Shown: positions 1 through 10,730 of the stretch, piece after piece
Numbering within the stretch: position 1 is the first letter of the stretch
Layout: each line of letters starts with the position of its first letter
Source of the DNA: Trueperaceae bacterium
Lineage (GTDB): Bacteria > Deinococcota > Deinococci > Deinococcales > Trueperaceae
Length of the DNA: 64,000 nucleotides
NCBI GenBank assembly: GCA_965213925.1
Contig: OZ243927.1
Span: 3,616,001-3,680,000, forward strand
Direction: 5' to 3'
Program-made: the position numbers and the translations under genes
The notes under the pieces: generated by a model
Told to the model about the DNA's origin: nothing
What the model saw: only the letters and a program-made list of their open reading frames with translations
Databases searched by the model: none

Positions 1-303
1 GGTAAAGGTCTTGCCGCACTCCCGCGTCATGGTTTTGGCAAGCTCGCCTAAGTGTTCTTCGAGTAACCTCTTGAGCTTGAAGAGCGGCTGGATGCGGTCG
101 GTCACGGGCGTCATGCGCCACTCGGGGTAGGCTTTTAGTGCCACTTCGACAGCCTCCGCGACCTCTTCTTTGGCGGAGAGTGGGACCTGGGCTAGAACTT
201 GCGCAGTCGCCGGGTTGTGGACGTCATCGTAACTGTTCGTCTGCGAGCGGTGCCACTCTCCGCCGATATAGTTGAGCAGTTCAGTTTGTGTTGTCGTTGC
301 CAT
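1..303 (-). CDS. mmsA: CoA-acylating methylmalonate-semialdehyde dehydrogenase (aldehyde dehydrogenase family), N-terminal part, runs off window start
   Basis: Manual translation from ATG at 303: MATTTQTELLNYIGGEWHRSQTNSYDDVHNPATAQVLAQVPLS...WRMTPVTDRIQPLFKLKRLLEEH...RECGKT, a typical ALDH/MmsA N-terminus. AGGAG RBS upstream. Confidence 0.75.
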   Translation of the reverse strand, partial: MATTTQTELLNYIGGEWHRSQTNSYDDVHNPATAQVLAQVPLSAKEEVAEAVEVALKAYPEWRMTPVTDRIQPLFKLKRLLEEHLGELAKTMTRECGKTFT

Positions 304-622
304 TAAACGCTCCTAACTCCGCGATTGTGTTCTCGGTATTCTGTTGTGCGCGCTCGAGCCCCACTTTTTGACCCGCTTGAGCACTCGCTTGAACGATAAG
401 TATAAATGCTGGGTGTAAGACTAAGACGCAACCTCTCAGTTGTGGGCAATATTGCTTTAATCTACCTTATCAAAGAAGAATTTGCACGTCCCGATTTTCT
501 GAATTGGAGTCAACAGCGTACGTGGATAGCTTTTATCTTTCTTGATTTAACAACGGAATACCCTGCCAGCTCAACGCTACTTACGTGCGCCACCAACTTA
601 AGCGCCAAACGAAAACACAAAG

Positions 623-650
623 AACAGGGAGGCATATTCGCCTCCCTGTT
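623..650 (-). terminator. Intrinsic terminator downstream of citrate synthase, possibly bidirectional
   Basis: AACAGGGAGGC-atattc-GCCTCCCTGTT 11-bp stem with T-rich tails on both strands. Confidence 0.8.
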
Positions 651-668
651 TCTTTTGGGGCCCCTGCT

Positions 669-1811
669 TTAGCGCTCGCCCAGCGGCGTGAACGTCTTGC
701 CGGTCGGACCTTCATACACGAGGCGCGGGCGCATGATGCGGTTGCCGTCGTACTGCTCCAAGAGGTGCGCCATCCAACCGCTAATTCTCGCCACGGCGAA
801 AATGGGCGTGTACATGTCGGACGGAAAGCCGAGCATCCGGTAGACGGAGGCGGAGAAGAAGTCCACGTTAGGCTTGACCTGCTTATCCTTCTTGTCCATC
901 TCGCGCGCCATGACGCGCTTCATCTCCTGGCTCATCTCGAACCACTTAGAATCGCCGGACTCTTCGGCTAAATCCTGCGAGACGCGCTCTAAGATGACCG
1001 CTCGCGGGTCGATGACGCGGTAAACGCGGTGCCCGAAGCCCGGCACGCGCCCGCTCTCTTCGCTGAGTTTATCCATCACGAACGCCTCGACGCCCTCGAT
1101 ATCGCCGATCTTCTCCAGGGCGTTCATCACGGCGGTGTTCGCGCCGCCGTGTAGCGGTCCCTTGAGACTGCCCACCGCCGCTGAAATCGCGCTGTAAACG
1201 TCAGTCAGGGTCGAGGCGGTGGTGCGGGCGGTGAAGGTGCTCGCGTTCGAGCCGTGCTCGGCGTGGAGTACAAGCGCCACGTCCATCACGCGCACGGCGG
1301 CTTCCGTAGGCTCCTCGCCGTTAAGCATGTAGAGGAAGTTCTTGGCGATACCGTACTCGGGATTCGGCGCGACGGGGTCTTTGCCCTGGCGCAGCCGCTC
1401 TAAAGTTGCGACGAGCGTCGGGAACTGCGTGACGAGCTTGAGCCCGATGTTGCGCACGTTCTCTAAACTCACGTCCTCCGACTCGTCGTCGAACGACGCG
1501 AGGGTCGAAACGGCGCTCTGCAGCGCGTGCATGGGCTGGGTCTCTTTGGGCAACAGGCGGAAGAGCTGGATGATCTCGTCGGGCACAGCGAAGTGGGGCT
1601 TGAGTTCTTTCTGGAACGCCTCGAGCTGTGACTTAGTCGGCAAGTCGTCATTCCACAGCAAGTAGATGACCTCTTCAAAGCTCGCCTTGTCCGCCAGCTC
1701 GCTAATGTCGTAGCCCCTATAGATGAGCTTTCCTTGCATGCCGTCGATCTGACAAATCTTCGTCGTATCGATATGTACGTCTTCTAAACCGCGATAAATC
1801 GTCTTTTCCAT
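669..1811 (-). CDS. gltA: Citrate synthase (or 2-methylcitrate synthase)
   Basis: Motifs LHAEHGSNASTF, GPLHGGAN, GFGHRVY, PNVDF. Confidence 0.93.
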   Translation of the reverse strand: MEKTIYRGLEDVHIDTTKICQIDGMQGKLIYRGYDISELADKASFEEVIYLLWNDDLPTKSQLEAFQKELKPHFAVPDEIIQLFRLLPKETQPMHALQSAVSTLASFDDESEDVSLENVRNIGLKLVTQFPTLVATLERLRQGKDPVAPNPEYGIAKNFLYMLNGEEPTEAAVRVMDVALVLHAEHGSNASTFTARTTASTLTDVYSAISAAVGSLKGPLHGGANTAVMNALEKIGDIEGVEAFVMDKLSEESGRVPGFGHRVYRVIDPRAVILERVSQDLAEESGDSKWFEMSQEMKRVMAREMDKKDKQVKPNVDFFSASVYRMLGFPSDMYTPIFAVARISGWMAHLLEQYDGNRIMRPRLVYEGPTGKTFTPLGER

Positions 1812-1870
1812 GATCCTCCGGGGGTGTGGTTTCGCGCTTTGCGGCTCACCTTTTTGGCTTACCTCTTGCC

Positions 1871-1930
1871 AAGTATTCTACTCTTGGGCATTTCAATCTC
1901 GGGTACTTCACTGCTGGGTACTTCACTGCC
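1871..1930. repeat. Degenerate 15-bp tandem repeat upstream of citrate synthase
   Basis: aagtattctactctt / gggcatttcaatctc / gggtacttcactgct / gggtacttcactgcc. Confidence 0.55.
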
Positions 1931-2078
1931 AGACGCTTAGGTGGCTCAGGTTGTTAGTCTCGGCAAGTCCGCGCAGCATTTCGTCCAAATAGTACAGGAC
2001 AGTCTACCCAATAGAGTGCGCTTTGTCTGTCATGAACGGCGAGAGAAGTACAAGCGGCTAGCCTCGTAGCGAGATGGG

Positions 2079-2984
2079 CTAAGAAGCTTCGTCGGCGGGC
2101 CGCTCGCCTCTTAGCACGCGCAAGATCGTCTCGCCGTACTGCTCGAGCTTCACCGGTCCAATCCCCTTAACTTTGCTGAGTTCGTCCAAGGTCTGCGGGT
2201 TTCGCTGCGCGATCTGCGTCAAGCTCTCGTTGCGCAAGATGATGTAGGCGGGGCGACTTTCCGAGCGGGACGTCTCCCTGCGCCACGTCTCCAAAAGGTG
2301 ATAGCGCTCCCTCTCGTCGGCGTTCAGTCCCGGCTCGTCCAGTGCGGGCGCGTTGCCTTCGGCGGGGCGTTCGGTCTTTTGTGCGGCGGCTTCCTTGGGG
2401 CTAGAGGCGGCGCTCGCGGCGCTTTGAGGTGGCGCTTTGGCAGTGCTCACGCTCCCTTGTCCCTCGCCCACTTCCGCCTGACCGGTCGCCCCTGCGGACG
2501 TATCCTGCCCCGATACATCCCGCGCTGACACGTCCTGCCCCGGCTGCTCCGAGGGCGTCGGCGCGCCGCTCACTTCGTCCTTTTCGCGCAGAAGCAGGTA
2601 AGCGCCGCCCGCGATGAAGATGAGCGCCGTCCAGAAGGAATCGAAGATGTTGCCCACGCCGTAGAGGAGCCCGACGCCCGCGAGGACGCCCGCGAGGTAG
2701 AGCGGCCAGCGGTTCGGGCGCGGCTCCACGCGGTCGACGGCTAAAAGGCCCGCTCCCAAGCTGATGAGGACGCCGCTCGGCGTGCCGATGAGCGTACCGA
2801 CGCTGAGACCCGCGCAGATGCTGCCCGCGACCAAAAACCCGTAGTTCTTGCGCGTCACGTAGCCCGCCAAAAGCGCCGCCGCGACCAGCGCGATCCAGAG
2901 CCAGTCGGCGCTACCTAGCCTCGAGAGCAGCGCCACAACCCCCACAGCGATAAGAACATAAGCGATCAGACGCTCGTTTTTCAT
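2079..2984 (-). CDS. Membrane protein with C-terminal HRDC domain
   Basis: About six hydrophobic N-terminal segments, a low-complexity linker, then LETWRRETSRSESRPAYIILRNESLTQIAQRNPQTLDELSKVKGIGPVKLEQYG (HRDC). ATG at 2984 follows GGAGG. Confidence 0.85.
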   Translation of the reverse strand: MKNERLIAYVLIAVGVVALLSRLGSADWLWIALVAAALLAGYVTRKNYGFLVAGSICAGLSVGTLIGTPSGVLISLGAGLLAVDRVEPRPNRWPLYLAGVLAGVGLLYGVGNIFDSFWTALIFIAGGAYLLLREKDEVSGAPTPSEQPGQDVSARDVSGQDTSAGATGQAEVGEGQGSVSTAKAPPQSAASAASSPKEAAAQKTERPAEGNAPALDEPGLNADERERYHLLETWRRETSRSESRPAYIILRNESLTQIAQRNPQTLDELSKVKGIGPVKLEQYGETILRVLRGERPADEAS

Positions 2985-3352
2985 GCGCCTCCTCCTTAGC
3001 ATGACCGTCATCCGGTCTCAGAACAGAAGTCGCAAGCGCCCTCTTGCGAGAAAGTAGAGGCAGCGCTCGACCTTAAAAAGATAGGGCTCGCATCAACTCG
3101 CTTTAGCGCGTTCTATAGCTGAGCCTCAACTTGAACGTCCAATATAGCGCACATTTCTTTGCAGGTATACGAGGGTGACACAGCGGCTCGCCCGGAGTTT
3201 TCTTACCTCGCGACGCTCGGGGGCTCGACCTCTCGGGCGAGCCTCCGCAACCTCATACTCTCCTACCCTTAATAGTTGAGCCAGCCTTAATGTGTACTCG
3301 AGTGTATGACGTGTAAACTTCGCCGCGAGCGCGCAAGTGCTACCATAGTGAG

Positions 3353-3575
3353 GTTAGTGACATAGAACGCACCGGACATGCACGAGATATACCGAATATG
3401 TAGCGCGAAGGTTGAGGGCTCGAGGAGAAACGAATATGGTGTCACCTTTAGTAAACTATCTAGCACCCTACCTGCCGAGCGAAGCAGCTTACTCGGTGAT
3501 TGGTCTAGCTAAGCCGAGTAACGAGCTAAATAGTTTATGGTCCACCTTCGCCCCAGCCAACGCTGGGCTTTTTTG
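3353..3575 (+). ncRNA. Candidate structured RNA / attenuating leader upstream of the BCKDH operon
   Basis: Extended -10 tgcTACCAT (3341-3346). Nested helices 3405-3412/3544-3551, 3452-3459/3530-3537 and 3489-3496/3514-3521. Ends in a terminator. Confidence 0.5.
3552..3574 (+). terminator. Intrinsic terminator about 90 nt upstream of the E1-alpha start
   Basis: CCCAGC-caac-GCTGGG-c-TTTTTT. Confidence 0.7.
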
Positions 3576-3659
3576 TGCTTTTACCTGCGCACCTGCGATT
3601 CGCGCACAAAGAAGCTTTTCAGCTAGGCGGGTCCAGCTTAGCCGGACTCAATAAAGTAA

Positions 3660-4761
<1,102 letters not shown>

Positions 4762-4763
<2 letters not shown>

Positions 4764-4811
4764 TCAGCCAGTCAGCTAGTCAGAAAAGCCTAAAAACCTG
4801 ACATGCTGACT
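4762..4811. repeat. 8-bp-period AGTCAGCY tandem repeats with inverted CTGAC copies
   Basis: AGTCAGCC AGTCAGCT AGTCAG ... CTGACATG CTGACT. Confidence 0.6.
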
Positions 4812-4943
4812 TAGGTGAAGGCACAGGTTATCGCTGAAAGCGATTTACTTCGCCTCTGGCGAAAACTGCGTAACTGCGATGATGACCTACAAGAGCCTTT
4901 GAGCTTTGCTCTAGCCTACGCTGACATGCTTTCCGGAGGAAAC

Positions 4944-5921
4944 GTGGCAACACTCAACATGGTGCAGACCATCGCCCGCACGCTAGACGAAGAGATGGCG
5001 CGTGACGAGCGCGTGGTGGTGATGGGCGAGGACGTCGGCAAACGCGGTGGCGTCTTCCTGGCGACGGAGAAGTTATTCGACAAGTACGGTCCTGACCGCG
5101 TGCTCGACTCGCCCTTGTCCGAAGCGGCGATCATCGGCGCGGCTGTCGGGATGGCGGCGCACGGGCTCAGACCCGTCGCAGAAATTCAGTTCGCCGACTA
5201 CGTCTATCCCGGCTTCGACCAACTCGTCTCGCAAGCGGCGAAGCTCCGCTACCGCTCCGGCGGGCAGTTTCACGCGCCCTTAGTCGTGCGAATGCCTGCG
5301 GGTGGCGGCGTTAAGGGCGGACACCACCACTCGCAAAACCCCGAGACGCATTTCGTCCATACGCCGGGGCTCAAAGTCGTCTACCCTTCGACGCCGACCG
5401 ACGCTAAAGGGCTCCTTAAAACGGCGGTGCGTGACGAAGACCCGGTCATATTCATGGAGCCTAAGCGCTTATACCGCGCAGTCAAAGAGGATGTGCCGGA
5501 CGACGCAGACTTTCTTATCCCATTAGGAAAGGCGCGGGTGAGGCAAGAGGGCGACGACCTCGTTTTAGTTTCTTATGGCGGCAGCGTCGCCGAGACGATG
5601 AAAGCGGCGCAGGCGCTCGCTGAGCAGAGCATTTCCGCGCACGTCCTCGACTTGCGTTCGCTCATGCCCTGGGATAAAGATACAGTTTTAGAAGCCGTCG
5701 CCCGAAGAGGTCGCGCTGTCTTAGTCAGCGAAGCGCCCAAAACAGCGGGTTTCGCTGCTGAAATCGCCGCGACGATCTGCGAAGAGGTGCTAGATTCTCT
5801 CTTAGCGCCGCCTCTGCGCGTTACAGGTTTCGATACGCCTTACCCCTACGCCCAGGACAGAGAGTACCTGCCCGGCGTCAACCGGATTCTTAAAGCTGTG
5901 CAGAAGGTATTAGATTACTGA
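4944..5921 (+). CDS. bkdA2: Branched-chain 2-oxo-acid dehydrogenase E1 beta
   Basis: [41 protein letters not shown] start at 4944 after GGAGG. Confidence 0.9.
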   Translation: MATLNMVQTIARTLDEEMARDERVVVMGEDVGKRGGVFLATEKLFDKYGPDRVLDSPLSEAAIIGAAVGMAAHGLRPVAEIQFADYVYPGFDQLVSQAAKLRYRSGGQFHAPLVVRMPAGGGVKGGHHHSQNPETHFVHTPGLKVVYPSTPTDAKGLLKTAVRDEDPVIFMEPKRLYRAVKEDVPDDADFLIPLGKARVRQEGDDLVLVSYGGSVAETMKAAQALAEQSISAHVLDLRSLMPWDKDTVLEAVARRGRAVLVSEAPKTAGFAAEIAATICEEVLDSLLAPPLRVTGFDTPYPYAQDREYLPGVNRILKAVQKVLDY

Positions 5922-5985
5922 AAGCGTGTCAGCATTTCAGCAACTCAGCATTTCAGGTTTTCCTGATTAGCTGATGGGCTGACCC
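5920..5985. repeat. 8-bp-period TCAGCA repeats with inverted CTGA copies
   Basis: gtcAGCATTTC AGCAACTC AGCATTTC AGG...CCTGATTAG CTGATGGG CTGAC. Confidence 0.6.
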
Positions 5986-6004
5986 GCTCTCCGAAGGAGA
6001 ACGA

Positions 6005-7414
6005 ATGCCCAAAGAACTCTTGCTTCCCGAACTCGCCGAGTCTGTCGTCGAGGGTGAAATCGTCAAATGGCTCATTGCGGAGGGGGAAAGCGTTGAAGAG
6101 GACCAGCCCGTCGTCGAGGTGATGACGGATAAGGTCACGGTTGAATTGCCGAGCCCGTACGCAGGCACGCTCCAGAAGCAACTCGTCAAAGAGGGCGACG
6201 TGGTGGCGGTGCACGACCCTATCGCACTGTTCGGAGATGACGCCGAAGGCGAACAAGAGGACGTGCCTACCCAAAATGGCGAAGCCGAGAGCGGCGAGAA
6301 TGTGCAGGCGCAAGAGGAACGCTCCATCGTCGAGCCGGGTAGCGATAAGGAAGAGGACGACGGCGATAGCCTGAGCCTCTTCAAAGCCTCTGCGGACGAC
6401 GACACGACGCCGACCTACCAGGTCAAACGCAAAGGTCAAGCTGAAGATAAAGCGCAGACTAATGGCGAGGTGCAAGCGACTGGACCCTACGGGCGCGTTT
6501 TAGCCGTGCCAGCCGCGCGGAAGTTAGCAAGGGAGCTAGAGCTCGACCTCTCAGACGTTTCTGGCAGCGGTCCGAACGGGCGCATCCGCGTAGATGACGT
6601 GAAAGCGCACGCTGAAACGCAGACGCAAGAGGAGCCGAAACGCGCCCCGCAGCCTTCCAGCGCACCGCAACGAGAGCGCATCTCCTACAAAACGCCGCAG
6701 GGCTACGAAGACTTAGAAGAGCGCGTCCCCGTACGTGGGCTGCGCCGCGCGATTTCCAACCAAATGGTCGCCTCGCACCTGCAAAGCGTGCGCACGCTCC
6801 ACGTGGACGAAGCCGACGTCACCGAACTCAGCGCGATGCGCGAACGTCTCAAACCGCTAGCCGCGAAGCGTGACGCGAAGGTCTCGTATCTGCCTTTTAT
6901 TATGAAAGCGACCGTTGCGGCGCTCAAGAAGTTTCCGGTACTTAACTCGAGCCTCGACGAAGATAAGAGCGAAATTGTCACCAAGTACTACTACAACTTA
7001 GGCATGGCGGTTGCCACGGATGTAGGCTTAGTCGTTCCCGTTATTAAAGATGTAGACCGCAAGAGCATCTTGGAGCTCGCTGGAGACATTCGCGGTCTAG
7101 CAACCAAAGCGCGTGAGGGCAAACTTGCGCCAGATGAGGTCAAAGGGGGCACCTTTAGCATCACCAACATCGGCACCTTGGGCGGGCTCTTTAGCTTCCC
7201 CATCATCAACGTGCCCGAAGCGGCGATTCTAGGCGTTCACAGCATTAAAAAGCGTCCGGTCGTTTTAGAAGACGACTCCATCGTGGCGCGGCAGATGATC
7301 TACCTCAGCATGTCCTTCGACCACCGCGTCGTGGACGGGGCGGAAGCGGCAATGTTCACGAGCTACTTGATCGAGCTTTTGGAGACGCCAGAGGGATTGC
7401 TGCTCGAGGGGTGA
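6005..7414 (+). CDS. bkdB: Dihydrolipoamide acyltransferase E2 of BCKDH
   Basis: Lipoyl domain (EVMTDKV), E3-binding domain (AVPAARKLARE...GSGPNGRI), catalytic FDHRVVDG. Confidence 0.92.
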   Translation: MPKELLLPELAESVVEGEIVKWLIAEGESVEEDQPVVEVMTDKVTVELPSPYAGTLQKQLVKEGDVVAVHDPIALFGDDAEGEQEDVPTQNGEAESGENVQAQEERSIVEPGSDKEEDDGDSLSLFKASADDDTTPTYQVKRKGQAEDKAQTNGEVQATGPYGRVLAVPAARKLARELELDLSDVSGSGPNGRIRVDDVKAHAETQTQEEPKRAPQPSSAPQRERISYKTPQGYEDLEERVPVRGLRRAISNQMVASHLQSVRTLHVDEADVTELSAMRERLKPLAAKRDAKVSYLPFIMKATVAALKKFPVLNSSLDEDKSEIVTKYYYNLGMAVATDVGLVVPVIKDVDRKSILELAGDIRGLATKAREGKLAPDEVKGGTFSITNIGTLGGLFSFPIINVPEAAILGVHSIKKRPVVLEDDSIVARQMIYLSMSFDHRVVDGAEAAMFTSYLIELLETPEGLLLEG

Positions 7415-7421
7415 CGTTTAC

Positions 7422-7449
7422 AGGGCGTTTTCCTTCTAAAAAACGCCCT
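7422..7449. terminator. Hairpin terminator after E2
   Basis: AGGGCGTTTT...AAAACGCCCT. Confidence 0.65.
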
Positions 7450-7515
7450 TCATCCAGGTAATCGTTGAGAGTCAGTAAATTCTAAAAATAGGTTGCAGGG
7501 TGGTCTGTGCACCCG

Positions 7516-7617
7516 CTAATCGTCCTTTTGGCAAACCCAGCTTACGAGGGACCAACCCACACCGAAGAGCCCGAGCCCCAAGGAGCCTGCCCAAGGGTAG
7601 TGTAACCCCTCGAGCAT
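7516..7617 (-). CDS. Putative 33-aa membrane microprotein
   Basis: MLEGLHYPWAGSLGLGLFGVGWSLVSWVCQKDD. ATG overlaps the upstream stop (TGATG), with GAGGAG just upstream. Confidence 0.45.
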   Translation of the reverse strand: MLEGLHYPWAGSLGLGLFGVGWSLVSWVCQKDD

Positions 7618-7730
7618 CACTCCTCATCGCGCTCGGTGAAAATCTGAATCAGTACCACCGGCCATACCAGCGCGATGAGGTAAAACGCGGCGTGTTGTAA
7701 CCAGGGGTATTGGGTAATCCATTCCTGCAT
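7617..7730 (-). CDS. Putative 37-aa membrane microprotein
   Basis: MQEWITQYPWLQHAAFYLIALVWPVVLIQIFTERDEE. AGGAGG 6 nt upstream of ATG. Confidence 0.55.
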   Translation of the reverse strand: MQEWITQYPWLQHAAFYLIALVWPVVLIQIFTERDEE

Positions 7731-7896
7731 CGTTAACCTCCTGATGTGAATCATGCCCAAGACCTTCTGAGCGCGACCTGAAAAACCTCACAGCAGTTTT
7801 CTGGTAGTGTGCAAAAGTGACATAGTTGGGTCTTTGTTCAGTTTTTTATCCTGCACCTTTCCGAGGCAAGTACAAAGAAAGGACGGTGAATAGGCG

Positions 7897-8517
7897 ATGA
7901 ATATTCTTCTCTTTGGCTCTACAGGCAGAGTGGGTAAAGCTGTCACCGAGAAAAGTCTCAGGGCGGGTCATCACGTCGTAGCTTTTGGACGAAGTAGAAA
8001 AAGAATGCCCTTCGAGCACGAACATTTAGCGTTTGTTGAGGGTGACATTTACAGCGAGGCAAGTCTGTCGGCGCTGAGCAAGCAAGACTTCGGCGTAGTG
8101 GTCAACGTCATCGGGGCTGACCCCCTAAAACCGTCCACTCTCTTCACGGATACGACAAAAGCCATCATCGCCTTGCAGTCCAAAAAGTCTTTCGAGAGGT
8201 ATTTCGCTATCACTGGCACGGCGCAAATGGAAAAGACGCGTTTTGGCAAGCTCAGCGCAGCGATTTTGAAACGTACTCCTGTACGGCACGGCGTCAAAGA
8301 TCACCAAGACGCCTACGAACCCGTGACCCGTTCTAACCTCAGTTGGACGCTCGTCGGCTGCCCGTATATCCGAGATGGGGAGGAGCAGGGGCGCTATAAA
8401 ACCGCCCGAGTCTTCCCTGGCGGCTTCAAAACAGTGCACCCTCCAGACGTTGCGAGCGAAATCGTCAAGCAAATGGGTGAAGAAAATGAAGATGAAATTA
8501 TCGGTGTTTGGTATTGA
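7897..8517 (+). CDS. NAD(P)H-binding protein (atypical SDR / flavin-reductase-like)
   Basis: N-terminal Rossmann motif ILLFGSTGRVG, VEGDI, SNLSWTLV. Confidence 0.85.
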   Translation: MNILLFGSTGRVGKAVTEKSLRAGHHVVAFGRSRKRMPFEHEHLAFVEGDIYSEASLSALSKQDFGVVVNVIGADPLKPSTLFTDTTKAIIALQSKKSFERYFAITGTAQMEKTRFGKLSAAILKRTPVRHGVKDHQDAYEPVTRSNLSWTLVGCPYIRDGEEQGRYKTARVFPGGFKTVHPPDVASEIVKQMGEENEDEIIGVWY

Positions 8518-8705
8518 CTGAAACGTCAGCACTGGCTCGGGAACTCGAGCACACGCAGTAAGTTTGAGTTATATCTGAAAGTGGGCGTGGTGAGATGCGT
8601 GGCGAGCATGTCTCGAGAAAAGAGGTCGGGTAGCGTAATCCTCCGCTGAGAAAATAATTCCAAAGGACGCTTTTTTGGGCTTAGCAGCGGTATAATCAAG
8701 CTCGC

Positions 8706-10490
8706 ATGACCGCAGACGACCTTCCTGTACTCCCTACGCAACCTGGCTGTTATCTCTACCACTCCCCTGAGGGAGAGGTCATCTACGTCGGCAAAGCTGT
8801 CAACTTGCGCAGCCGCGTAAGGAGTTACTTCAATCAGGCAGCCGAGAAAAAAGCGCGGCTTATCCGTGAGGGAGCGCAGCGCTTAGAATTCATCGTTACC
8901 AAGAGCGAAGTCGAGGCGCTCATCCTAGAAGCGAACCTCATTAAACGCTACAAGCCGCACTTCAACGTGCTCTTAAAAGACGACAAGAGCTATCCCTTTT
9001 TGAAGCTCACCAACGAAGCATACCCGATGCTTATGTTTACCCGGCGCGTCTTCAAGGACGGCGCGACCTACTTCGGGCCCTACCCTAATCCCGGCTCGGT
9101 GCGGCGCGTGCAAGACCTCGTGGCGTCGGTCTTTCCCCTACGGCAGAACAGCGGCTACCCGATGAAGCGGCGCAAAAAGCCCTGTTTGCGCTTTCACATG
9201 GGACGCTGCTTAGCGCCCTGTATTGGCGAGGTGACACCCGAAGAGTACGCCAAAGTCGTCAAACAGGTCAAGACGTTTCTGGAGGGTAACGTCGCTGAGA
9301 CCGCCGAGCAGCTCAAAACGGAGATGCGTGAAGCGGCGCAGCGGCAGGACTTCGAGTTAGCCAAAATCTACCGCGACCGCATCCAAGCGCTTCAGCGGCT
9401 GACGGGTTACGACTCGGACGTGGCGCGGGCGACCGACGACGATTTGGACTTCTTGGGGCTAACCCAAGCGGGCAACTACGCGATGGTGCAGCTTTTCCAG
9501 ATGCGGCGCGGGCGCGTCGTCGGGCGAGACAAGAGGTTCTTAACCAACGCGGACAACGCGACCCCGGCTGAAATCTTAGAGCGGTTTATGGCGGACTACT
9601 ACGCGCAAGCGATGCAGGTGCCGCCCCTTATTCTCATTCCCAACGAAATCGACATGGACATCTGGCAGACCTTTTTGAGCGAACGAGCCGGTAAAAGGGT
9701 GGAGCTGCGCCTGCCCCGACGTGGCGACAAGTTGGAACTCATGGCGATGGCGGAACGCAACGCGGTAACGGGGTTGGAGGCTGAGTTGGCGCTCTTGGAG
9801 AAACGCGGCGAAGCCCCCGGCGTCAAGGAGTTGCAGCAGCTTGCCGAGTTGGAGAACCCGCCCTACCGCATCGAAGGCTACGACATCTCGAACCTGATGG
9901 GGACGCACACAACAGCTTCCATCGTCGTGTTTGAAGGCGGGCGTTCGCGCAAGAGTGAATACCGGAAGATGCGCATTACAGGTTTGGAGCAGCCCGACGA
10001 CTTCTACTCGATGCATCAGGTGATCTACCGCCGCTTCACGGGCTCACTAGCGGACAAGATGCCCACGCCCGACCTCTTGCTGATTGACGGCGGCAAAGGG
10101 CAGCTCTCCTCGGCACGGCGGGCGCTCAACGAGGCGGGCATCGACATCCCGATGCTCGGGCTTGCCAAGAAGCAAGAGACGATTATTCGCGAGGGCGCGG
10201 GTCCTATCCTCGTGCCCGAAACGCACCCCGCTTTGCGTATGCTCATCAACATCCGCGACGAAGCGCACCGCACCGCGGTCGGGTACAACCGCAAGCAGCG
10301 CGGCGCGGCGATGACCAAAAGCATCTTAGACGACGTGCCGGGCATCGGTCCCAAGCGCAGAGACGCGCTCTTGGCGCACTTCTCGAGCGTTGACCAACTC
10401 AAAAGCGCCGACGTTGAAGAATTGGCGAATATTCCCGGCGTCGGGCGCAACGCAGCGGAGGCGGTTAAAGACTTTTTCGCCCCCCGCTAA
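8706..10490 (+). CDS. uvrC: Excinuclease ABC subunit C
   Basis: GIY-YIG domain (PGCYLY...IYVGKAVNLRSRVRSYF), UVR domain, RNase-H-like IEGYDIS / LIDGGKGQ, C-terminal HhH. Confidence 0.97.
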   Translation: MTADDLPVLPTQPGCYLYHSPEGEVIYVGKAVNLRSRVRSYFNQAAEKKARLIREGAQRLEFIVTKSEVEALILEANLIKRYKPHFNVLLKDDKSYPFLKLTNEAYPMLMFTRRVFKDGATYFGPYPNPGSVRRVQDLVASVFPLRQNSGYPMKRRKKPCLRFHMGRCLAPCIGEVTPEEYAKVVKQVKTFLEGNVAETAEQLKTEMREAAQRQDFELAKIYRDRIQALQRLTGYDSDVARATDDDLDFLGLTQAGNYAMVQLFQMRRGRVVGRDKRFLTNADNATPAEILERFMADYYAQAMQVPPLILIPNEIDMDIWQTFLSERAGKRVELRLPRRGDKLELMAMAERNAVTGLEAELALLEKRGEAPGVKELQQLAELENPPYRIEGYDISNLMGTHTTASIVVFEGGRSRKSEYRKMRITGLEQPDDFYSMHQVIYRRFTGSLADKMPTPDLLLIDGGKGQLSSARRALNEAGIDIPMLGLAKKQETIIREGAGPILVPETHPALRMLINIRDEAHRTAVGYNRKQRGAAMTKSILDDVPGIGPKRRDALLAHFSSVDQLKSADVEELANIPGVGRNAAEAVKDFFAPR

Positions 10491-10520
10491 TCTCTCGGTA
10501 ACTGCTACAATGGCTTTACT

Positions 10521-10730
10521 ATGAGTGATACAACCTTAGAATATATCTCCGACGAGGCGGGCAACCTCAAGAGTGTCATCGTCCCCATTGAGGTGTGGAA
10601 CGAGATTGCCTCAGAGCTAGAAACCCGCTATCTATTGCAGAGTGAAACAATGAAACGCCGCCTTTTAGAGGCTAAAGGACGACAAGAAGGTTTATCCTTA
10701 GAGGAAACGCTTGAAAAGCTTGGAGTTTGA
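10521..10730 (+). CDS. Antitoxin (Phd/YefM-like) of a type II TA pair
   Basis: 69-aa acidic protein with ETRYLLQSETMKRRLLEA, overlapping the downstream toxin. Confidence 0.8.
   Translation: MSDTTLEYISDEAGNLKSVIVPIEVWNEIASELETRYLLQSETMKRRLLEAKGRQEGLSLEETLEKLGV

Noticed and set aside
406..672. 88-aa ORF between mmsA and citrate synthase
   Set aside because: AT-rich promoter/terminator region with no RBS and no protein features
3540..3575. T-box antiterminator upstream of BCKDH
   Set aside because: TGGTCCACC does not match the GGTGGNACC bulge context, and no stem-I motifs were found
3412..3654. 80-aa ORF (or 72 aa from ATG 3436 with GAGGAG) in the BCKDH leader
   Set aside because: Atypical codon usage, runs through a terminator and coincides with strong RNA helices; not excluded as a uORF but unsupported as a protein
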